From Vulcanisaeta sp. AZ3 (lineage in GTDB: Archaea; Thermoproteota; Thermoprotei; Thermoproteales; Thermocladiaceae), in NCBI GenBank assembly GCA_000960865.2, contig JZWU02000011.1:1-45771 (forward strand): a DNA stretch of 45,771 bases. Reading direction: 5' to 3'. Position numbers and translations under genes: made by a program. Positions 18,787 to 27,681 of this stretch are shown here, piece after piece. The notes under the pieces are model-generated. The model saw only the letters and a program-made list of their open reading frames with translations. It was not told the DNA's origin and searched no databases. Each line of letters begins with the position of its first letter. Position 1 is the stretch's first letter.

Positions 18787-18860
18787 TCAATTGCTAAAGA
18801 AATAAACTATTAAAAATACTTTCTGTTTCTGCATCTTAATTACAATGACCACACCTATGT

Positions 18861-18876
18861 GAGAAACCTTTATATT
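18861..18876 (+). promoter_or_regulatory. BRE plus TATA of the leaderless secreted-protein gene
   Basis: GAGAAACC-TTTATATT, 24 nt before ATG 18901. Confidence 0.6.
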
Positions 18877-18900
18877 TAATTTGTAACTAACGCAAAATGT

Positions 18901-20250
18901 ATGTCAATTAATAGATGGGTAGCATTTGCATTATTTATAATAATTCTATCGATATTCATCTCCATCAATGTTTACGCCCATAAAATATATGCCCCAGCAC
19001 CTACACCCGTAATTTACAAGACATACTCAATAAGAATGAACCTAACAGACTCAAGACCAACAACATCATTCCTAGAGGAAATAAGTAAGTCCTACCCATT
19101 ACTTTATAAGGAGGATAGTTTAGTAGAGAACACAACACTTGTCTGGGCAGCAACTGCAGGTAAGGAATTCACACTCTATATAGCCAACGCATCAATCACG
19201 AGCATTGGAAAACCAGTGCTCCTTAGTGCAACAGCCACGGCTAATAGTACTGGTGGTATAACCTGGCAGTTAAGGGTGTTGCTTTGGTTTGTTTTCCCAG
19301 AATCAGTTTATGCTAATTGGTATGTGGTGATTACGGAGAATATAAGTGGTACTCAATATGTGGTCTTTGCGTTTGAAACTGCAAATGAGAGTTTGAGTGA
19401 CTTGCTTAATAATTTAACTCAGGTTGGTGGTTATTTAATAGCTAAGAATAATGAACCATATTACTTATGGCATTATTACTACGGTTATAACCCAACTACA
19501 AAATCAGTATCCACGTATTATGAGGTTGGCCTACCTGGCATAAGCCTCTTCTACACGTTTATTGGGCAAGGAATAAATGCAACCCCCTGGCCTAAGCAGG
19601 GGTTCCAGGAAGTCCTTAAGTTACTTGAGTATGGCTTCTCTGAATATTTCAATTCAACATTTGTAAGTAGTGTGGTGTTGCCATATAATAAGACGATTGG
19701 CGAGGTTACAAACTACGGTTATACGGTGTACCAGAGGCCGAGGTTAGTGCCTTTTGGTCCCATAATTTATGTATCACCAATAGTTCTACTACCTAATGGG
19801 ACTATTGTAAACCCCACTTGTGTGCCCAATACGTATTTTAACTTAACTATTTACTATGTAACCCCAGCCCAGATCTTAATACCTATTTATATGACTAAGA
19901 ATTACCCGCTGGGACTTTATCTATTGAATGATTCATTATTATTCGGTGGGTACTTACAGGCTTATGATTTTTACAATGAAAGTGTAATACCAATAACGCC
20001 CATTCAATATCTAGAACCTCCCTATAAAGCTGAGGTAGATCAATTTACTATGTGCACAATAACCATATACACACCGACAGTAAATGAAACGCATATGAAT
20101 GCTACTAATATCATTACTAATAATACGATAAGCACAACTATATATGATGCAAAGAATACAAGTATGATTAAGAATAATGCCAATGCCATGTTTAAGATAG
20201 AATTAATACGCCTAATGAGAAGTATTATTCAAATAAACATGTTAAAATAG
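18901..20250 (+). CDS. Secreted/surface glycoprotein of unknown function
   Basis: Sec-type signal peptide, more than a dozen N-x-S/T sequons, Y/T/N-rich composition, no C-terminal TM anchor. Confidence 0.7.
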   Translation: MSINRWVAFALFIIILSIFISINVYAHKIYAPAPTPVIYKTYSIRMNLTDSRPTTSFLEEISKSYPLLYKEDSLVENTTLVWAATAGKEFTLYIANASITSIGKPVLLSATATANSTGGITWQLRVLLWFVFPESVYANWYVVITENISGTQYVVFAFETANESLSDLLNNLTQVGGYLIAKNNEPYYLWHYYYGYNPTTKSVSTYYEVGLPGISLFYTFIGQGINATPWPKQGFQEVLKLLEYGFSEYFNSTFVSSVVLPYNKTIGEVTNYGYTVYQRPRLVPFGPIIYVSPIVLLPNGTIVNPTCVPNTYFNLTIYYVTPAQILIPIYMTKNYPLGLYLLNDSLLFGGYLQAYDFYNESVIPITPIQYLEPPYKAEVDQFTMCTITIYTPTVNETHMNATNIITNNTISTTIYDAKNTSMIKNNANAMFKIELIRLMRSIIQINMLK

Positions 20251-20288
20251 TTAGTCGTATACATCCTAAATAATATTTTATTTTAGAA

Positions 20289-21281
20289 TTACTCAGTGAT
20301 TCTAAGAGCCTTAACACCGATCTCCTTCTCTACTCTCTCAAGAGCCTTTAGTAATAGTGTCCATACATCAACCTTTGCCTTAATGGCCAGGGCAGCGGCC
20401 GCGGTATGTCCACCACCCTCACCTCCGAAGTACTTTGCCAACTCCATGAATAAGTCTGCAAGGGATAATAACTCCTGAAACTTCCTACTTGCCCTACCAA
20501 TCATCCTAACCTCACCATCATGCTCAGAGGCTACTAGGGCTAAGTCACAGCCTGATCGTATCATTGTCTCGGCTAGTGAGGATTCGTATGCATTAACGTT
20601 GCTTAGGCATAGTATCCACTCATTTGCTCTATAAACCCTCATTCTTAATAGGCCCTTGATCTTCGCCATCCTCTCGGAGAATGGCGTCTCTGTAGTCATT
20701 GCTTCAATAATGCTTTGATAATTAGTCTTAGAAACTTTCAGTAGCCAGGCGAGCGCTTCAAAGGTTAGCTCTCTAGCCCTAATTAACCTGCTACTATCAC
20801 TTAGTATGCCACCAATTAGTAACTTAGCTGTTTCTTGGCTTGGTTCAATGTCTAAATCTCTAAATATTAGTGCTATAATCTCTGAGCAGCTTGTTGCTGA
20901 TGGATCTACAATAGCTAATATTGGTTCTATGTTATGTATAGCATGATGATCAATAATAATCAACCGCTTACCTTCAATTAAATCCCTATACTCATTTATT
21001 TGAGAGTACGTACTTATATCAACTAGGATCACAAGATCCTTATTTGAACCACATTCCTTACTTTCTACGTAACTTATTGATAGTTTATTAAGGAAGGATT
21101 TAACATCTTGAGATATACCCTCCGGTATTATAAGGCTTGGTTTTATTCCTAATTTCTCGAGTAATTCCTTAATGGCTATGCCACATGCGTATGCATCAAG
21201 ATCGGCCCTTCTATGCGTTATTACGCAAGCTTCTTGCGTATTCCTCAGTAATTCTTTCAATTTCTCCAAGCTGTAAACCAT
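20289..21281 (-). CDS. DHH/DHHA1 family phosphoesterase
   Basis: HRRADLDA, ILVD, IDHH, SCSE, GILSDS and GGGH motifs. Confidence 0.92.
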   Translation of the reverse strand: MVYSLEKLKELLRNTQEACVITHRRADLDAYACGIAIKELLEKLGIKPSLIIPEGISQDVKSFLNKLSISYVESKECGSNKDLVILVDISTYSQINEYRDLIEGKRLIIIDHHAIHNIEPILAIVDPSATSCSEIIALIFRDLDIEPSQETAKLLIGGILSDSSRLIRARELTFEALAWLLKVSKTNYQSIIEAMTTETPFSERMAKIKGLLRMRVYRANEWILCLSNVNAYESSLAETMIRSGCDLALVASEHDGEVRMIGRASRKFQELLSLADLFMELAKYFGGEGGGHTAAAALAIKAKVDVWTLLLKALERVEKEIGVKALRITE

Positions 21282-21552
21282 TTAACTCGCCTTTCTTGAA
21301 TTTCTCCATTATGTAATCCGCTATTTTAAATCCGAACTCCACAGCACTATTAATAATCTCCTCAAGCCCACTGTTCAGTGGGCTTGCTGAAGCATCCACA
21401 CTTATCTCTACGACGTAATTCGTTAGGTCAACGAGACTAACATTAACCGTCATCTCTTCAAGCAACTTCTCAGGTAACTTATGTTTCAAATATTCATAAA
21501 CCTGCTCTGCAATTGCGCTAAGAATTTCACTAAGTAACTCGTTATCACTCAT
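21211..21552 (-). CDS. DUF3194-like protein
   Basis: Acidic helix-strand-strand-helix protein in its usual position downstream of prefoldin beta; overlaps the DHH gene start by 71 nt. Confidence 0.65.
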   Translation of the reverse strand: MSDNELLSEILSAIAEQVYEYLKHKLPEKLLEEMTVNVSLVDLTNYVVEISVDASASPLNSGLEEIINSAVEFGFKIADYIMEKFKKGELNGLQLGEIERITEEYARSLRNNA

Positions 21553-21558
21553 TACCTA

Positions 21559-21939
21559 TTAACCACCGCCTTTAGCAGCTCCAGCACCGCCTCCCTGTAA
21601 TTTAGCTAAGGCATCATTTATTTGAGTCCTCAAGTCATCTATCTGCTTCATGAGCATGTTCTCCTGTCTAGATAGTGTCTTTATGTGGAGCTCGAGGAGC
21701 TCTCTTCTATCCTTAAGCTCCTGCAATGCCTGGTCCTTAGTTACAAGAACGAGGAAAGAACCAACTATCTTATAGACCTTACCGTCAGCAGGCACTTTTT
21801 CAATCTCAGAAATGGCTCTCTCAATCTCCTTTAACTCACCCTCAAATTGCTGCTTCCTAACCCTAACACTATTAAGTTGATCCTGTAGAGCCTGTAACTT
21901 CTCCAGGTCTGACTGTAGTGATGGTGGTAACGAACTCAT
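21559..21939 (-). CDS. pfdB: Prefoldin beta subunit
   Basis: LPP N-terminus, two coiled-coil helices around the VYKIVGSFLV hairpin. Confidence 0.93.
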   Translation of the reverse strand: MSSLPPSLQSDLEKLQALQDQLNSVRVRKQQFEGELKEIERAISEIEKVPADGKVYKIVGSFLVLVTKDQALQELKDRRELLELHIKTLSRQENMLMKQIDDLRTQINDALAKLQGGGAGAAKGGG

Positions 21940-22061
21940 CAGTAAATCGTCGATTAAAGCCTTATTAAGGATTTTGCTATTACCTTAACTTAGTACTACT
22001 ATTCATCCTCTAGGGGTAAGCCTTAGCCAAAATTAGTAAGCGAGATTACTCACTGCAATAA

Positions 22062-22319
22062 TTATGTATCAACTCCTAGCCTAGCAACCTCGAATATTAA
22101 GTATAGGGACTTAGAAATACCATTTATTAAGCTCCTCAAGCTCGTTACATCTCTGGCACATGCTGTGATGATTACACCATCATTAGAAGCATTGATGGTC
22201 ACAAAACCTCTGCTAAATCTCATTTCCTTTTCCAGAGTCTTGAAGGACTTAATTAGGAGATCTTTATCGAAATTCCTCACTATGAATATTGCCTTGTATT
22301 GACAATTACTCAATCTCAA
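22062..22319 (-). CDS. pcc1: KEOPS complex subunit Pcc1-like protein
   Basis: ARDVTSLRSLING matches the Pcc1 A.D...LRA.lN motif; syntenic between Brix and prefoldin. Confidence 0.78.
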   Translation of the reverse strand: MRLSNCQYKAIFIVRNFDKDLLIKSFKTLEKEMRFSRGFVTINASNDGVIITACARDVTSLRSLINGISKSLYLIFEVARLGVDT

Positions 22320-22881
22320 TCACCCTAGGCCTCGTATAGATAATATCGCTTATTTTCATGAATGGACCGCGAGGGCCTAGGTCCTTACCATCCAGGATTT
22401 GAAGCTCATATTCATCGTTGACCCTATGAATTAGGAGTATTGTGTCATACATACCCTTAATACTTTCAAGGTCCTGAACCACAAGGCTCGATAGCTCCAA
22501 CTGCTCACTGAGGACTCCGATAACCTCGGTGTAAACACCTAGTGAGAGGATTATGCCGTTATGGGGCTTTCTCAATTGCTTAACCTTAACCTGCATGTCT
22601 AAGAGAAGTTTCACGCTGTGTATCCTCACTAGGTACGGTAGTAATTCAATAGTCCTTTCCTTAATCCTTAGAAACTTGATGAACCCGGGATTACCGCCCT
22701 TTGCGCCGAAGTATATGATCCTTGTTATGCCCATTCCAAGGGCCTTACTTGCAAGTTCGATTATGGACTGACGACCTCTATTAAACTTAACGGCATTTGG
22801 TATTGCTAGCTCAAGCTCGTTAAGGAATTGCCTCATCCTAGTACTACTGTCGCGTGATGATGTTAATATTACTGGGCCCAT
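22306..22881 (-). CDS. Brix-domain ribosome biogenesis protein (Imp4-like)
   Basis: ILTSSRDSSTRMRQF, NRGR, GGNPG and C-terminal GPFMKI. Confidence 0.85.
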   Translation of the reverse strand: MGPVILTSSRDSSTRMRQFLNELELAIPNAVKFNRGRQSIIELASKALGMGITRIIYFGAKGGNPGFIKFLRIKERTIELLPYLVRIHSVKLLLDMQVKVKQLRKPHNGIILSLGVYTEVIGVLSEQLELSSLVVQDLESIKGMYDTILLIHRVNDEYELQILDGKDLGPRGPFMKISDIIYTRPRVIEIE

Positions 22882-22898
22882 GACGTACTAGAAGCACT

Positions 22899-23186
22899 TT
22901 ATGCACCTGCCTTGGTGGCTTGCTTGGCCACTGCCTCTGTAGCTATTGTTTTACCCATTATTGTCTGCGGTATCCAGGCGCCACCGGCAAAGGTGTAGCC
23001 GCACTTGGGGCATCTCCATATTCCAAAGGCTATTCTTTCCATCTTAACTAAGGATCTGCATCTAGGGCATCTATGCTTACCTCTTTGTTTAACCTCTATC
23101 TGGAGTACTTTTCTTCTAATGCCCATTCCATACCTTGCACCGAATCGACCTGTTGGTCCAACAATTTTGGTGTGACTATAGGGCAT
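22899..23186 (-). CDS. rpl37ae: 50S ribosomal protein L37Ae (eL43)
   Basis: GRFGARYG, CPRC...GIWRCPKCGYTFAGGAW. Confidence 0.97.
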   Translation of the reverse strand: MPYSHTKIVGPTGRFGARYGMGIRRKVLQIEVKQRGKHRCPRCRSLVKMERIAFGIWRCPKCGYTFAGGAWIPQTIMGKTIATEAVAKQATKAGA

Positions 23187-23231
23187 TAGTAACGGTGATG
23201 CTTAAGTAATTAAAAGTGTTTCTCCCATTGA

Positions 23232-23690
23232 TTAGATTATCACGCCACCCTGCCCCTTAGAGACGCTTGGTAATGGTTGTAACTCAATGTCTGAGTTCAT
23301 GAATAACCTAAACACGAATAATAACTTCTCCTTATCCTTATTCATTTCATCCCTACCTCTATACATCTTTAATGCAGTCCCTCCGGAATCTAGGATAACG
23401 CCTATGAAGTTTATGCCGCTAACTTTGCTTAGCAACTCTTTCGATGTCCTTATCCTTATCAGTGGCATTAGGGGTGAGTAGTGTATTGTTATTTCTGCCT
23501 CGCCATCAATGGCTCTTAGGAATATTGGTACCTCGGGCTTAACGCTTTGGGCTATGGCTGGTGGTATTGATGCCATAAGCCCTATTAAGTTGTTTAACAT
23601 TAGTCTTAAGTAATCGAGAGCATCATCAGCGTTGGGTATTGAGAGTTTAATCTCCGAAACAAGACCAAGCCTAATTATCTCCGATAACAT
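23232..23690 (-). CDS. Hypothetical protein
   Basis: 152 aa ORF filling the gap with normal codon usage; no recognised motif. Confidence 0.6.
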   Translation of the reverse strand: MLSEIIRLGLVSEIKLSIPNADDALDYLRLMLNNLIGLMASIPPAIAQSVKPEVPIFLRAIDGEAEITIHYSPLMPLIRIRTSKELLSKVSGINFIGVILDSGGTALKMYRGRDEMNKDKEKLLFVFRLFMNSDIELQPLPSVSKGQGGVII

Positions 23691-23812
23691 ACTGTTAGGG
23701 GGACGATTAAGTTATTTATTAGTATTATCCTTACTCTACCCTATTAACATCTAAATTTGCTTAGAAGCTAAAAATTTAATAAGGTGATTGATTTATAAAC
23801 CAGAACCCGTCT

Positions 23813-24490
23813 ATGCATAGACTTAACGTAACCATAGAGCTCAAGAATGGTAATGAGAGAGATATTGAAATAGCAGTTAGTGATTTAATAATATTTGTTT
23901 GGTCAGGTAGGACAACCGATATTATTAAGAAGGAAGTTGAGGAATTGAGTAGGATTGGAATTAGTGGTCCTAAGAATGTACCGGAAATATACGCATTACA
24001 GCCATACTTAGTGACAACAAGCAATTACATTAGGAGAATTAGTGATTTACATAGCGGTGAGGTTGAGTATGTGTTGCTCGTTAAAAATGAAGATGAGGTG
24101 TACGTAACGGTGGGTAGTGACCATACTGATAGAGAGGCAGAAAGGTGCAGCATATTGGCTGGTAAGCACATGTACCCGAAGATAGTGGCTAGAAAGGCTT
24201 GGTCTCTTAAGGAATTGGAGGATCATTGGGATGAGTTAGTACTGAGGAGTTGGATACTTGAGAATGAGGAGAAGGTACTTTACCAAGAAGGCACTGTAAA
24301 ACTCCTACTAACTCCGGAAAAACTCATAGACTTGGCGCGAGAGGTCGCGCCAGACCTAAGGAATATGGTTATATTCTCAGGAACGATACCCACGGTGAAG
24401 GGTCAGATAAAACCTTCGGGTTATTTTGAAATGGAGATTTATGATCCAGTACTTAATAGGTCGATAAATCACTATTACTGGATTGAGTAA
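23813..24490 (+). CDS. DUF2848 family protein (fumarylacetoacetate-hydrolase-like fold)
   Basis: WSGR, SGEVEYVL, VGSDHTDREAE, HWDELVLRS, LYQEG and FSGT motifs. Confidence 0.85.
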   Translation: MHRLNVTIELKNGNERDIEIAVSDLIIFVWSGRTTDIIKKEVEELSRIGISGPKNVPEIYALQPYLVTTSNYIRRISDLHSGEVEYVLLVKNEDEVYVTVGSDHTDREAERCSILAGKHMYPKIVARKAWSLKELEDHWDELVLRSWILENEEKVLYQEGTVKLLLTPEKLIDLAREVAPDLRNMVIFSGTIPTVKGQIKPSGYFEMEIYDPVLNRSINHYYWIE

Positions 24491-24491
24491 A

Positions 24492-24554
24492 TAAGTGATG
24501 ATGCTTGCAAGGTCTGAGGATTTGATTTGATGATGTGCTGGGCTAAGCTGAGTA
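24492..24554 (+). ncRNA. Box C/D 2'-O-methylation guide sRNA
   Basis: GTGATGA (C, 24495) - TGCTTGCAAGGT - CTGA (D', 24514) - TTGATGA (C', 24527) - TGTGCTGGGCTAAG - CTGA (D, 24548); canonical spacing. Confidence 0.88.
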
Positions 24555-24896
24555 TATTTTCTCATACCTAATGCCCGCTGGTAAATCGATCGTGGATAAT
24601 ATGTCTACATTATCACAATCACTGAATATGTTCTTGTCGAGCTCCTTAATTAGCTCGTTTAAATCATCAAATTCATACACAAAAATGCTGACTGAGTAGT
24701 TATTAGCCACGATAGAGTTCAATTCCCTAATATACCTATTGAAGTCTAGGTCCTTGCACTTATAAACGAGTACCCTAAGAGCACCGCCAAAGCCAGTTTT
24801 TCTAATTGCCATGTTAAGTACGTCCTTAAACTTATCGAACGAATCATTGCATACATTCGTAATAAGCGTCAGACAATTCTTTTGAATTCGCCTCAC
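24543..24896 (-). CDS. Small hypothetical alpha/beta protein
   Basis: 117 aa ORF, co-oriented downstream of the TGT-like gene. Confidence 0.6.
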   Translation of the reverse strand: MRRIQKNCLTLITNVCNDSFDKFKDVLNMAIRKTGFGGALRVLVYKCKDLDFNRYIRELNSIVANNYSVSIFVYEFDDLNELIKELDKNIFSDCDNVDILSTIDLPAGIRYEKIYSA

Positions 24897-24983
24897 GGCG
24901 GTGATGTTATGTATTAAGGCATTTAAGTATTAACTATTATGAAGAAGTGTAGGGCAATAAAAATGGGTTAAGAAGTTATGAAC

Positions 24984-25952
24984 CTAAATTAATACTGCAG
25001 ATTGTGTATTTGCCATGGATGTAATCTCATCATACATCTTCTTAAATACACCTGAACTGGGTGCCTCAGAACTATTTAGAACAACCCAAGCATTAACTAA
25101 CGCCCTATACTCAAAGCTCGTCCTAACATCATCAAACCTATCAATAAGTGGAAAGCCTGTCTTACCAAGGAAGTCATAAAGTCTTCCTAGATCATCATCT
25201 GTGGCCTTCTTACCGCCGAAGCTTATTGATCTACCACTCACATGCCTCTCACCACCGCCTGGCATGATAACTTTACCATAGGCAGCCTTCACGCGCCAGG
25301 TACTTGTGTCTGTACTATCTATGCCTATGGCCTTGAGTATTGGGTTTATTATAGGTGAGCCAAGACCAAGTACATGTACACAGATATCTGTCTCCTGCTT
25401 AATCCTCATCAAGAAATTTAGGGCCAACTTCCTTGAGTTCCTCGGTACACCCCTAGTGATTAATACGTATGGAACTAAACCCCCTATTGCTATGCATTGC
25501 GGGTTGTAGTCCAAGTATTTGAGTAAATACTTCATGATTATTTCAGTTTTCCAATGGTAATGTATAACTGGTAGTATATTATCGAACCTCCTAACTAGAT
25601 AGTCATAGTTCTTTAATGAACTCTCTAACTTATCCTCAATCTCGTGTTCTGAATCATTGGGGGTTGGTGGATAGTCAAGGTTTAGGTAATATCTAATGTC
25701 CCAATACTTATCATATATACGAGCCAAATCCTCTATATCTGGTACCTTACCGTGCCTTAGGAATTGATAACCACCGCTATCCATCCAAACCTCACCATCA
25801 TACTGAAGAATATTTTTCACCACATGCTCCTTGGAATTAACTCCTGTCTTCATAATATCGAAAGCATTTATCATGAGTGCCGGCACGTGAATGTAAAGCC
25901 AGGGCTTTGGTCTTGAATTCACTGGAGTGCCTAGGATTATTCTCACGATCAT
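24984..25952 (-). CDS. tRNA-guanine transglycosylase-fold protein (short, no Zn site; DpdA-like candidate)
   Basis: MDSGGYQ, LDYPP, PVIH, AIGGLVP, HVLGLG and DSTDTSTW motifs; lacks CxCxxC/H Zn ligands and PUA domain. Confidence 0.85.
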   Translation of the reverse strand: MIVRIILGTPVNSRPKPWLYIHVPALMINAFDIMKTGVNSKEHVVKNILQYDGEVWMDSGGYQFLRHGKVPDIEDLARIYDKYWDIRYYLNLDYPPTPNDSEHEIEDKLESSLKNYDYLVRRFDNILPVIHYHWKTEIIMKYLLKYLDYNPQCIAIGGLVPYVLITRGVPRNSRKLALNFLMRIKQETDICVHVLGLGSPIINPILKAIGIDSTDTSTWRVKAAYGKVIMPGGGERHVSGRSISFGGKKATDDDLGRLYDFLGKTGFPLIDRFDDVRTSFEYRALVNAWVVLNSSEAPSSGVFKKMYDEITSMANTQSAVLI

Positions 25953-25978
25953 AATTCCACGGGAGTTTAATAAAAGTT

Positions 25979-27586
25979 TTATCCACCTCTAGCATTACTT
26001 GACCTAGGCGTTAATGTTGGTGTAACTCCTCCGTGTTCTGTTAACCTATCCCTAACCTTAACTGGTAATGGCATTGGGACCGCCAAACCAGTGACTAAGG
26101 CATCATCTTCATTCAGCACCCTAATCTCCCATAAGTCCTCATCAGAAATAAACTCCACAACATTCCTAACATACTTAAGATCCACTGGATTAATAATCCT
26201 CTTAAAGACTTGGGTTAAGCATTGACTAAGCACGTCTGGATGAACCTTTGATGGCCTTTGACTAATTATGCAAAGGCCAACACCAAACTTACGCCCTTCT
26301 CTTGCAATCTTAATGAGAGTTGATGTGCTTAGTGCTGAACCAATGGATGGAGCAAAGTTATGCGCCTCCTCAATAACAATGAACACAGGCTTATCTCTTT
26401 TGCCCGCAGATAGGCTGAAAATTCTGCTTAGTATTAGTGAGATTAAGGCTTGTTGATCTATTAGGTCTAACCCACTTAGGTCTATTACATGTATGCCATA
26501 ATCAAGCAACTCCCTAATCTCCAGGAGCCTTATTGGCTCATTATCATAAAACTCGCCAGGTCTTGTTAAGAAGAAAGGCCTATTCTCAATAAGCATTCTA
26601 ACCTTAGTTAACAGCGTTGAGAGAGCCACGGCATTTCCATAACCCTTAACAACCTTACCTCCGTTCTTCTCAAGGTCATTAAGTATTTCCTCAAGGCTTG
26701 TTAACTCATCATTGACCCCCATGTACTGCCATGCCTCTTCCAAAATCCTCCTTTGGGCGTCGGTGAGACCATAGTAATGATTCAATAAACCCTCCATTAA
26801 TCTAAGTGATAGCGACCTTGGGTTTATACCAAACCTAACATACCTCCTACTAACCCCAAACTTACTCCTAAAATATTCATCGAGTGCTGTGGTGTCTACC
26901 TTACCAGGAACGTAAATTCTTACAAGCCCAGCCACGTATTTGGCATCCTCAGAATCAATCCTTGGAACCTGCATTGCCGAGTACTCACCATGTGGATCAA
27001 TTACTATTATGGGTGTTTCAGTCCTAAGTGCTAACTCCTCAATTATTACTCCAGCAAGCCAGGACTTACCGCCGCCTGTTGCTGCGAGTATGGCGCAATG
27101 GTGAGAGATTAATCTATTTGCATCTAGCTCCGCAGGAATTGATAACGATCTAATACTACCAATTGTTAGCCTCACACCACCATCACTAAGCCTTAGTAAT
27201 CGACCTAGCTCCTCTTCGGTTGGTAGGTTCACGAAGTCCATGGGTTTAGGGGGCTTTAGGGGCTTTACGAATCTATTACCAATCTTATAGCCAATTACGG
27301 TGGCCCTGGCCAGGGTTGACTGGGCTATGTACTGTATGTCAATTCCATAGTCCCTGAATGTATTAATGACATCCTCACTGCTTAACTGCGCGATAACTCT
27401 ATCATCAACCAAGTAATTATGCCTAACAACCCTCGTAACTCTAGCCAACACCGGGATTCCGACCTTATCCTCGTAATTATCAAGAGTCACGAAGGAACCC
27501 ACGTTTATTCTATCCTCCATATTATCAAATACCCTAAACCAGAAGGCTCTGGGGCTTTGGGCCTTAATAATAACACCAACCCTCAC
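25979..27586 (-). CDS. HerA/FtsK-like ATPase (HAS barrel plus DUF87)
   Basis: N-terminal HAS barrel, Walker A AATGGGKS, IDPHGEY, Walker B IEEAH, REGRKFG and SQRP. Confidence 0.93.
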   Translation of the reverse strand: MRVGVIIKAQSPRAFWFRVFDNMEDRINVGSFVTLDNYEDKVGIPVLARVTRVVRHNYLVDDRVIAQLSSEDVINTFRDYGIDIQYIAQSTLARATVIGYKIGNRFVKPLKPPKPMDFVNLPTEEELGRLLRLSDGGVRLTIGSIRSLSIPAELDANRLISHHCAILAATGGGKSWLAGVIIEELALRTETPIIVIDPHGEYSAMQVPRIDSEDAKYVAGLVRIYVPGKVDTTALDEYFRSKFGVSRRYVRFGINPRSLSLRLMEGLLNHYYGLTDAQRRILEEAWQYMGVNDELTSLEEILNDLEKNGGKVVKGYGNAVALSTLLTKVRMLIENRPFFLTRPGEFYDNEPIRLLEIRELLDYGIHVIDLSGLDLIDQQALISLILSRIFSLSAGKRDKPVFIVIEEAHNFAPSIGSALSTSTLIKIAREGRKFGVGLCIISQRPSKVHPDVLSQCLTQVFKRIINPVDLKYVRNVVEFISDEDLWEIRVLNEDDALVTGLAVPMPLPVKVRDRLTEHGGVTPTLTPRSSNARGG

Positions 27587-27681
27587 AGTACGGATAGAAC
27601 TATTCTTGTTTTATTGGTATTAAGTAAAATAAGGTGCTAAGCCTTATTAAAACGCATTAACGGTGAAATAATATTTTTAAT

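Noticed and set aside
21985-22056. C/D-like arrangement on the minus strand between pcc1 and pfdB (GTGAGTA...CTAA...ATGA)
   Set aside because: Boxes are poor matches and no convincing target was recognised.
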